Assembly (NCBI GenBank): GCA_951406725.2
Contig: OX597835.1
Span: forward strand, 22,444,001 to 22,508,000
From: Octopus vulgaris
Taxonomy: Eukaryota
DNA length: 64,000 bases
Direction: 5' to 3'
The position numbers and the translations under genes were made by a program. This document shows, piece by piece, positions 54,208-64,000 of this stretch. Numbering within the stretch: the stretch's first letter is position 1; each line of letters opens with the position of its first letter. The notes beneath the pieces are model-generated. The model was not told where the DNA came from, did not search any database, and saw only the letters and a list, made by a program, of their open reading frames with translations.

Positions 54208-55599
54208 TAAGTTTGTTTTGCAATTAATCTATTCTTTGATTTCCATTCTTTCTATAATACTCTGATAGCTTAATGACTGCTGGGTATTAAATGCAGGTTA
54301 CTGTTTTTGTTGTTTAGTCCTAGGTCAGCCCTGATCCAGTGCACTTATAATCAAACATGTTCCTACCATGACCCTGTCATCATAACCCCCCTCCCCACTT
54401 CCCGTAGGATTTAAGCTACTCAATAAATAAAAAATAACGGAGATCTGCCCCCCCCCCCCCCTCCATTAACAGGGACAAAACCTGGATTTAAAACACTGGA
54501 TGATGATGCTCATATCATAGGATTGCAGTTTCGATTCCCAGACCGGGCGTTGTGAGTGTTTATTGAGCGAAAACACTTAAAGCTCCACGAGGCTCCGGCA
54601 GGGGGTGGTGGCGACCCCTGTTGTACTCTTTCGCCCCAACTTTCTCCTGTTGGCCTGCTCACTTAGCCAGCGGGGTGGCGTCATTTGAAGGCTAAAAAAC
54701 AATGCGAAGCACGTTGTGACCAGCGATGTGTAGCAACATCTGATAGCCTGGTCGGTCACGGTGATATATCATATATGATATATATATATGTATTTCTTTA
54801 CTAGCCACAAGGGGCTACACACAGAGGGGACAAATAAGGACAGACAAACGGATTACGTCGACCCCAGTGCGTAACTGGTACTTAATTTATCGACCCCGAA
54901 AGGATGAAAGGCAAAGTCGACCTCAGCGGAATTTGAACTCAGAACATAACGGCAGACAAAATACAGCTACGGATTTCGCACAGCGTGCTAATGTTTCTGC
55001 CAGCTCGCTGCCTTTTATTTATATATATATATATATATGTATGTATATATACACACACACACATACATGCAGCAAACAGGCAAAATCATTAGCACGCCAG
55101 ATGAAATGCTGAGCAGCATTTCTTCTGGATTTACATTTTGAGTTCAAATTCCTTTGGGGGTCGGCTTTGTCTTTTATCCGCTCAGGATCAATAACATAAA
55201 GTACCAATTAAGCACTGGGGTCGATGTAATCAAGGTGAGGACAAGCCAAGTCTAATATTCTCAGTTTGGTCTGTGATCACTTTGACACACCATACACCTG
55301 TACAGGTGTTGTTGAATTTTGACAGAGAGAAATGAACTAATGTACACACAAACATTTGATCCACACAGCGGAACTGAACCTGGAATCATCTGGTTTGGAA
55401 GCACTCTTCTTACCACACAGCAATACCTGCTGTTGCTGATGGTGATGATGATAATTGTGTAAAAAAAGGAATGAGCAGCCAATTTTGAGAGATGGTCTCA
55501 CTACTAATAAATGCTATTTTCCTCATGCAATTTGTTATGCCATACAGAATGTCCAGTGAACCACATTCTACCCATATCTTGTATTGAGTACAACAGTGA

Positions 55600-56200
55600 T
55601 TTCTCAACAATACGCTCTTAAATATGGTTTCTGATTACAAATATCTTGGGTCATACATATCATCATCTGAAAAAGACTTTCTAACTAGAAAGGGTATAGC
55701 CTTGTCAGACTGTAATGATATGCATAAGATCTGGTCATCAAATCTAAGTAGAGATTTCAAACTTAAAATCTTCAAAGCCACAGTCAAACCAATTCTACCA
55801 TATAGCCCAGAAACCTGGACGTTATCAAAGAAGCTTGAGAGGCGGTTGGATGGAACTTACACTCGCCTCCTTATGAGAGCTCAAAATCTCTCATGGAAGC
55901 GTCATCCAACCAAAGTACAAATATATGGGAAATTACCACCTGTATCGTCTCTTGTGAAAGTAGAAGAGTCCAGTTTGCTGGACATTGTTATAGAGCTGAA
56001 AACGAGGTAATTTCTACTCTTCTGTTCTGGAAGCCATCTGCTTGCGATACCAGAGGGCGCATACTCTCCTACCCTGATGTAATCTCCAGGGATACAGGCA
56101 TCCAGCAACAGGACCTCTGTAGTGCTATGATGGACCGTGAAGTCTGGCGTAACGGTGAATTCCATTGTCTCGACCACGGTCGAACAATGATGATGATGTA
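55600..56200 (+). mobile_element. 3' fragment of an RTE/RTE-X-like LINE
   Basis: DYKYLGSYI..KIW..KLKIFKATVKPILPYSPETWTL..RRVQFAGHCYR; (TGA)n tail. Confidence 0.8.
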
Positions 56201-56641
56201 TTGAGTATGTGTTGCATCGATTATGTTGTTTCGTGTGTGGTGACTGTGTATAAAAAGTGCACTTGAGGGTTGAAATATCACTGCACCCAACCGTTCTTTT
56301 TTTTTTTTGGACTTAGTATCAGAATTAGAATTTAATTGCCATTTCGTAAAAAGCGCCATGCGTCCGTGGCCGTTTGCCAGCTCCGTCTGGCACCTGTGCG
56401 GGTGGCATATAAAAAGCACCCACTACACTCACGGAGTGGTTGGCGTTAGGAAGGGCATCCAGCCGTAGAAACACTGCCAGATCAGACTGGGCCTGATGCA
56501 GCCTTCTGGCTTCACAGACCCCGGTTGAACCGTCCAACCCATGCTAGCATGGAAAGCGGACGCTAAACGACGATGATGATGATGATGATTTCAAATTTTG
56601 CTTTCCTATATAAACCAGATTATTGTTGCATTTTCTTGCAG

Positions 56642-56684
56642 GTTTGATCATGCAATGGTAGCCTTTTTGGACTGCTTACAAGAG
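56642..56684 (+). CDS. BECN1: Beclin-1 coding exon 13
   Basis: FDHAMVAFLDCLQE. Confidence 0.93.
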
Positions 56685-57019
56685 GTGAGTTTACGTGTGT
56701 GTGTCTTTTAGTGTTGTGGATACAATGTGTATGTATCTGTGTCTGTGCATGGCTTGCCAGTGTGTTCTTGGGACAATGGTGTGTGTGTGTGTGAGGCAGA
56801 GACAGATAGACATTCTGTTTGTATTTATGTGTGCTTATCGGTGTGTGTGTGAGAGAGAGAGTAAAGTATAAAATTTTAAAAAGTTGTTCAGCTTAGCTAA
56901 AACCCTTCAGCATGGTCGTAGTCAAATGACTAAAACAAGTAAAAGAACGTATTTGTATGTGTGTTCACTGTAACTTTAACGTTTTATTCTTACGTCTGTT
57001 TGTTGTTATGTTAATTCAG

Positions 57020-57123
57020 TTCAAGAAAGAAGTGGAGAAAGGTGATTCCAACTTCTGTCTGCCATACAAAATGGAGAAAGGACGTATAGAAGACGCAAAC
57101 ACAGATACTTCCTATTCTATAAA
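57020..57123 (+). CDS. BECN1: Beclin-1 coding exon 14
   Basis: [30 protein letters not shown]. Confidence 0.93.
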
Positions 57124-57869
57124 GTAAGTATTTTCTAGTCTCTCTCCGTATCATGTGGTTCTCAACCATTTTGATTCATATTTTACTCTACTGGCCTCCA
57201 TAGCCATTCAACGTATATAAAAAAAGAATCCTACTGTATTTTTATAATTAAATATTATTTAGGAATTGTATAAAAAGTGGCTTGTTTACCAACCACACGG
57301 TTCCGGGTTCAGTCCCACTGCGTGGCACCTTGGGCAAGTGTCTTCTACTATAGCCTCGGGCCAACCAAAGCCTTGTGAGTGGATTTGGGAGACAGAAACT
57401 GAAAGAAGCCCGTTGTATATATGTATCTATATATGCGTGTGTGTGTTTGTGTGTCTGTGTTTGTCCCACCCAACATCACTTGACAACCGATGCTGGTGTG
57501 TTTATGTCCCTGTTACTTAGCGGTTCGGCTCCAGCATGGTCGCAGTCAAATGACTGAAACAAGTAAAAGAGTACTGTATTTTTATAATTAAATATTATTT
57601 ATGAATTGTATAAAAAAAAATTTTAATATTTTGTGTAACGTATAATAAATTTATTGTATAAAAATTCAACTTAGTAAGTTGAATTTAACATCAGCATCTT
57701 ATAAAGCTAGATTTATAAATCCTAAAATAGCTGTCATCTCAAACAGCTTTGATAATAATAGGTTCAGAACCTAATAAAAAATTTTATTATTTTGACCAGT
57801 TTTTTTTTCCCCCAGTAATCTTTATTAATAATTTTTTTTTTTTGTCTTCTCTTTACTTTTTTCTTGTAG

Positions 57870-57975
57870 AATCCAGTTCAATTCCGAAGAACAATGGACA
57901 AAAGCTCTGAAATATATGATGACTAATTTACGCTGGGGTTTAGCCTGGGTATCATCCCAGTTCCCCAATAAATGA
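57870..57975 (+). CDS. BECN1: Beclin-1 coding exon 15 (stop)
   Basis: [34 protein letters not shown]; the 15 exons sum to 1353 nt = 450 aa plus stop. Confidence 0.95.
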
Positions 57976-60767
57976 TCTCCAATCCTTTTCCTGACCCCGT
58001 TTCTGATGATATACACTTCCTCCTGTGTATTTCAGTTGATGTTGAAAATAAGGAAGATTTGGAGGGATTTAGCATGAAAATATAACTAACTCTGTCATTA
58101 CGAAGAACCCTTTTGATACCAAACCCCCCTAGACCACTCCTGATTCAATGTTATAGAATCTGGGTTTTAAAGTGAACGAAATTAAAACTTTCCATTAAAA
58201 TTTCATTTTTATATTATATTCCAAAGACCAGCTGAATAACGATGGAGTTATTTTACTATGTTCCTTATTATTTTTTAAATTAATCAAAAGAAAAACTGTG
58301 ATTCTAACTAATATGGTAACAAAAGGGTTAAAACTGTGTTTGGAGCATAATTTTACAAAATGTTCTTAAATACAATTAAAAAGGAATGCTATAATTTAAT
58401 TAAACGGTGGGTTTCGTATGGTAGAACCAAAGGCTGTATCAAGCTAGTGTTGGTATCAAATAAAGGTTAACCCTTTAGCATCTAAATTGATCATATCCAG
58501 CCAGTATATCTGCCTCTTTTATTTTTCAAACTGGCCAGATCCAACATTTCACACCTACCTTACAATGTCATTGTAAAAATAAACAATCACATCACTGTAA
58601 TCTTGAAGCCACAAGATAATGCATAATTAATTGAAAATTATGAATACATTTGACAGAGTAATCTGAATGCTAACGGGTTAATAATACCTTAATTAACTTC
58701 ATTAAGCTGATTTTCTTTCAATACTATTAATTCTTGTTTCTCCCCAGTGCAATTAATACCAAACCCCCCAATCTGTTCCAGCATTAAACAGTCTTTCCTA
58801 TGGCTGAGTATACCATGCCCTCTTGTTTGGACGCTTTTCATAACATGTTCAGATGTTGCTGTAGTCTTCCTGTACGGCCAAACACTTAGCGACACTTTAG
58901 TTTTGTCGTCGTTAACTAACATAACAACAACAACAACAACACAGGTATATTTTTTGTTTAACAGATTTTTCCAAAATATTTAAATAGAATGGAATTGGCC
59001 CTCCCCACCATCATCACCCAACAAAATATGAAGAGCAATTTTAAAAATAAATATATTTTAATTTAACTGTTTCCCAGTTCACAGCTACAGGTAGCGTTGT
59101 GGAGTGGATGCTGATACTGTACATACATATTTAACAATTCTAACGCGCTCCCTTTCTCATTCTCTCTTTTTCTATAAGCTTGCTTCCCAACCACATGGTT
59201 CCAGGTTCAGTCCTACACCATGACACCTTGGACAAGTGTCTTTTACTATAGCCTTGGGCCAACCAAAGCCTTGTGAATAGATTCGATTGACAGAAAAACA
59301 ACTGGTGTTGTTGTGTTTACGTCCCTGTAACTACGTAGTTCAGCAAAAGAAACCAATTGAATAAGGACCTGACTTTCAAAAAAAATATGTACTGGGGTCT
59401 ATTCATTTGATTAAAAATTTTTCAAAGCACTACTCCAGCATAGCCACAGTCTAATGACTGAAGCAAATTAAAGATATTATTATTATTATTATTAAAGACA
59501 GCAAGCTGGCAGAATCATTAGCACACCAGGCAAAATGCTTAGCGCCATTTCATCTGTATCTATGTTCTGAGTTCAAATTCTGTTGAGGTCAACTTTGCCT
59601 TTCGTCCTTTTGGGGTTGATAGACTAAAGTACCAGTGAAACACTGGATTCGATGGTCCCCTCTCGCCCAAAATTTCAGGCTTTGTGCCTTGAGTAGAAAG
59701 GATTATTATTATTATTTAGGCGGTGATCCGGCAGAATCATTCGCATGTTAGACCAAACACTTAGTGCTATTTCTTCTGGTTTTGCATTCTGAGCTCCAAT
59801 ACACCAAGATGAACTTCTGATGAATCAATAAAATAAATACTAATTGAGCACTGGGGTCGATTTAATCAACTGTTCCCCACCCCCGAAATGTCAGACCTTG
59901 TGCCTACAGTAGAGAGGAAAAATTATTATTATTATTACTGTTCTGGACTCGAAAAGAGTTAATTCATATCCCTTTTATTTATTGTGTGGGTGTGTAAATG
60001 TATGACTATATATATATCACTTCGTATACGTGTGACTGCATGCGTGTATGCATGAACATATGTGTGCATGTGTATATATATATATATATTATATGTTTCA
60101 GAGCACATGCGTGAATGTATGAATGCATGTCTGTATATAGTATATATATATTTTTTTTTTCAGTTATTCAATATAAATTAAAATAAATTCTTGGCTGAAT
60201 TTTCTTTTTGCTTTTTTTTTTCTTTTATATTTATTTTCTACACATGGCGGTGCCCCAGTATGGCCACAGCTCGTGAGCTGAAACTAGATAAAATAAAATA
60301 AATAAATAAACATGAAAGCATATCCCCAAATGGTTAAGATATTATTCTTTTGACCATAAGATTTTGGCTTCAATTCTTAGACTAGATGGTGCATTATGTC
60401 CTTGGGCAAGACACTTCATAACACATTGCTCTACATGTATAAAAGACCCCTTTGGTCATGAATGACCATGGAATTGCAGCTAGAATGTTATCCTTCGAGG
60501 CACAAGTCCAGGCAAGGTTGCTTATGGAAGGCCAGCAGTCGCCCAAGCATACCAGCCGCCACTCTCCATGCCGCCAATGTTATCCAAGGGAAAGGCAAAG
60601 GCTGATACAGCTTGGCATCAATGATGTCGCAACTCATTTCTACAGCTGAGTGAACTGGAAAACTGCTGGTCTTCCATAAACAACCTTGCTCAGAGGGGAA
60701 CTTTTTAGGTGCAATCCCATGGTCATTCATGACTGAAGGGAGGGTCCTTTAGCTTTTATATATAAAA

Positions 60768-61054
60768 CTAGCAGTATCGCCCGGTGTTGCTCGGGTTTGT
60801 AAGGGAAATAACTATATAAGCATTTTTAGAGAGTTATAGCCAAAAAATAGCAAAAAAATGCATTAAAATGGGGGAAAATGATGGTAAATTTTTTTTTAAA
60901 TCGTAGACTCGCGCTAATACCCAGAAGGGCTTGATATGAATCACGACTATAAGATACCCGCTTTTGGTTAAACTGCACCGCAAAATGTGGGAGTAGTTAG
61001 GAATCTAAATCGTAGGAGACAGACAGCACACAACTTCACTTTTATATATAAAGA
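60768..61054 (-). mobile_element. Non-autonomous Helitron
   Basis: Reverse complement of the same TC...hairpin...CTAG family as 17183-17576. Confidence 0.85.
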
Positions 61055-61451
61055 TAGTCAGACATTAAATTGAAGAATCACTCAAAGCCTTTCACTGGAA
61101 TAGTACATTTATTTCGGTTTTACAAGGAAAAGGCTGATGGTTACTTTCAAGTGTTGGCTGTGTGGCCTGCATAGCAAAAACTTCAAAATAAATGTCAACC
61201 TTTACCTTCTAAAAATTATACACAGAAAGCAGTCATGGGTTGACCTGCAGCCTGCGGGCCACACGCAGCTTGCATCACTTTCTGAATGGCACACTTAATA
61301 AAAAATTACCTTCACTCACTCGATGATGAGTCATAGCTCACAGGCCCACTTCTTGAAAATGGTTGCCCATGCCTGGTAAACATACACACGTACATACATA
61401 CGTACACACATACATGAGTAGAGGGTGTAACTCCAATCCTAACACACCCTA

Positions 61452-61819
61452 TTAACTACTACTAGCAGCAGCTGTGGCCACAGTCTCCTTGTTGCTCTCC
61501 TCTTCAGCAAGAACCTCACCACACTCAAAGCGAACAAAGTCCTGAACCGTTATCGACATATCTGACAAGTATTGTCCGACAGTCTTGCTACTGTCGAGCA
61601 GGAACTCCTGGAAGATCAGAACATTCTCTTGGTCCTTGTCTGCGTGTGGTTCATCGCAATCGGGATTTCCGACCTTGGTAGGGTTCATACCAACAATGTG
61701 TTGCGCCAAACGCTGCCCTGCTTCTACCACGTTCTGCTCGGGCACTTCATCTGACGTTGGTTTAATTGTAACGATGGCAGCAAATTTACCAACAGCACAG
61801 TCTGTTACTTTAGCTAAAC
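61452..61819 (-). CDS. TSFM: Mitochondrial elongation factor Ts, last exon
   Basis: ttcag|GT; VGKFAAIV..GQRLAQHIVGMNP..LIFQEFLLD..VQDFVRFECGE, then TAA. Confidence 0.92.
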
Positions 61820-61939
61820 CTGAAACAGAGGAAATAATGGTAAGTAAGCAAAACACATCTGTCTGTCTCTCTGACGCACGCAAAATGCATTGCCAGTCTA
61901 GGAATCAAAACCATGATTCTGCGATCGGGAGTGCAACAC

Positions 61940-62441
61940 CGAATTCGCATCATCAGTTTGGAACCCCTATCTTGCTCAGAACATTGACCTCCTGGAATCT
62001 GTTCAGAGACGTGCAACCAAACGCATACCCTCCATCAGACACCTACCATATTCTGAGCGCCTTGTTTCCCTGGGCATGGATTCACTGAAGCTCCGGCGTC
62101 TGGTGACGGACTTGGTAAATGCCCACAAAGTTGTCAACCACCTCACCAACAACAACACTGAACACCTTTTTGATCTCCATGTGTCTAACACACGTGGACA
62201 TGCCTACAAAGTCAGAAAACAACACAGCTCCCATGACTTTCGGAAACATTTCTTCACACTCAGAGTTGCTGAAGCATGGAATAAACTGCCTGCGTCAGTT
62301 GTTGACTGCCATGACACTGCATCCTTTAAGGCCCTCATGCTTTCCGAAATCCGTCGAAACTACACCTGATTATACATACACTTTAGATGAGTTGTAGTGC
62401 ACCTGAGCACTGTACTCAATGTTTATTATTATTATTATTAT
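61940..62441 (+). mobile_element. 3' fragment of a CR1-clade LINE in the last TSFM intron
   Basis: SSVWNPY..LESVQRRATK..YSERL..RRL..TRGH..RKHFFTLRV..WNKLP; (TTA)n tail. Confidence 0.85.
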
Positions 62442-62577
62442 AACCACTAGGCTATGAATCCTCGTTAGTTTGAGATATATATCAAGAAAAAGAAATACGA
62501 CAGTCACTAGTGGAACACATTTGATCAGAGCTTTGTTGGATCAGGACTGACCTAGGGCTAAAAAAACAAGTACTGAC

Positions 62578-62755
62578 CTTGTGTTGAGTGTACGTATGAC
62601 CCTAGCCAGGTGGATGGTGATAATGCTGTCTGGAGGTAAGCTGCTCTTCGGAGAGCCATGTTTTCTCCTATGTTACCGACCTCTTTAGCGACCTTGTCCC
62701 CTAAAGTGTTTGATCCATGAACGATTTGGTTCACCTGCTCTTTATTCAGTAACGT
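62578..62755 (-). CDS. TSFM: Mitochondrial elongation factor Ts, penultimate exon
   Basis: tacag|ACG..G|gtcagt; LGDKVAKEVGNIGENMALRRA..LGSYVH. Confidence 0.9.
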
Positions 62756-62764
62756 CTGTAAGAG

Positions 62765-63345
62765 TGAAGGAAGGAATAACTGAATGAATGAATAATTAAA
62801 TGAAGGAAGGAATAACTGAATGAATGAATAATTAAATGAACAAATGAGTGAATGAATAATTGAATGAAGGAAGGAATAACTGAATGAATGAATGATTAAA
62901 TGAACAAATGAGTGAATGAATAATTGAATGAAGGAAAGAAGGAAGGAATAACTGAATGAGTGAATGAAGGAAGGAAGGAATAACTGAATGAATGAATGAT
63001 TAAATGAACAAATGAGTGAATGAATAATTGAATGAAGGAAAGAAGGAAGGAATAACTGAATGAATGAATAATTAAATGAACAAATGAGTGAATGAATAAT
63101 TGAATGAAGGAAAGAAGGAAGGAATAACTGAATGAGTGAATGAAGGAAGGAAGGAATAACTGAATGAATGAATGATTAAATGAACAAATGAGTGAATGAA
63201 TAATTGAATGAAGGAAAGAAGGAAGGAAGAAATAAATGAATGACTGACTACAGAATGAACGAGTGAATAAAAAAATGAAGAAATGACTGAAGGAATGAAA
63301 GAATGACTTAAATGAGTGAGCGAATGTCTGAATGAATAAACAGAT
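62765..63345. repeat. (TGAA)/(GGAA) compound repeat with higher-order units
   Basis: ATTAAATGAACAAATGAGTGAATGAATAATTGAATGAAGGAA recurs five times. Confidence 0.9.
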
Positions 63346-63443
63346 TGATAGATGGAGCAAGAAAAAAACAAAAATCACAAGAAATTGTTTGAATTGTAAT
63401 AGAAATTTTGGTCAATTAAAATATTCCCAGGATCACTACTTAC

Positions 63444-63551
63444 TTTATTTTGTGCAGAATTATTGAAATAGTCTTGGCAACATGTTGACAGATTTTTGAC
63501 AAGTTCTTGGAACTTTTCATTCCGAGCAACAAAATCAGTTTCACAATTCAA
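63444..63551 (-). CDS. TSFM: Mitochondrial elongation factor Ts, internal exon
   Basis: LNCETDFVARNEKFQELV (EF-Ts signature); ttcag| and |gtaagt. Confidence 0.93.
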
Positions 63552-64000
63552 CTGAAAAAAAAAAAAACATAAATATTACAAAAAAAAAACGAAAAAAAAA
63601 ACTGTAATAATGTTGCTTATCACATAGTCATCGTCCATCAAGTTTTAGCCATCAAAACTACAGCAATATGGCATAGCTCATCTATGAAAAAACTATAGCA
63701 ATAGTCTACTTCATTTTACTCATCCTTAGGGCATTCAGCCGTAGAAACCAAGCCAAAACAGAGCCTGGTGCAGGTCTCCGGCTTACAAGCCCCAGTCAAA
63801 CCGTCTCACTCATGCCTGCATGAAAAATATACACTAAATGATGATAAAAATCCTGTTATTGTTCTCTATACCACACACTACTTGGGTTTTGATGTACCCC
63901 AGTCAGTTGGTGAACCCATGACCCAGTATAAATTTCTATTGCATAATATAATTTATGTGGAGGCATATGGCCTAGTGGTTAGAGCAGCAGACTCGTGGTC

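Overview
AT-rich animal genomic DNA dense in microsatellites and SINEs. The SINE families and repeat landscape suggest an octopus or other coleoid cephalopod (inference). Three spliced protein-coding genes were reconstructed by hand from GT-AG sites and frame continuity. (1) The 3' part of a ceruloplasmin/hephaestin-type multicopper ferroxidase (+, 7 exons, 749-23800), apparently with no membrane anchor. (2) A complete Beclin-1/ATG6 gene (+, 15 coding exons, 37389-57975, 450 aa). (3) The last three exons of mitochondrial elongation factor Ts (-, 61452-63551), convergent with Beclin-1. Between the first two lies a decayed Gypsy (Mag-like) LTR element whose gag is split by a helicase-less Helitron and whose integrase carries an inversion with duplication. 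Other mobile DNA includes an R4/Dong-type LINE inside (TAA)n, RTE-like and CR1-like LINE ends, a mariner fragment, non-autonomous Helitrons, MITEs and four SINE families. The most unusual items are a tRNA-Val + trailer + SINE cassette inside a single target-site duplication, minimal hammerhead-ribozyme motifs with a recurring non-canonical core, an RFX X-box minisatellite in a Beclin-1 intron, and an orphan element embedded in (TAA)n. There are no CRISPR arrays or prokaryotic systems. No database searches were run; family names come from motif recognition only.
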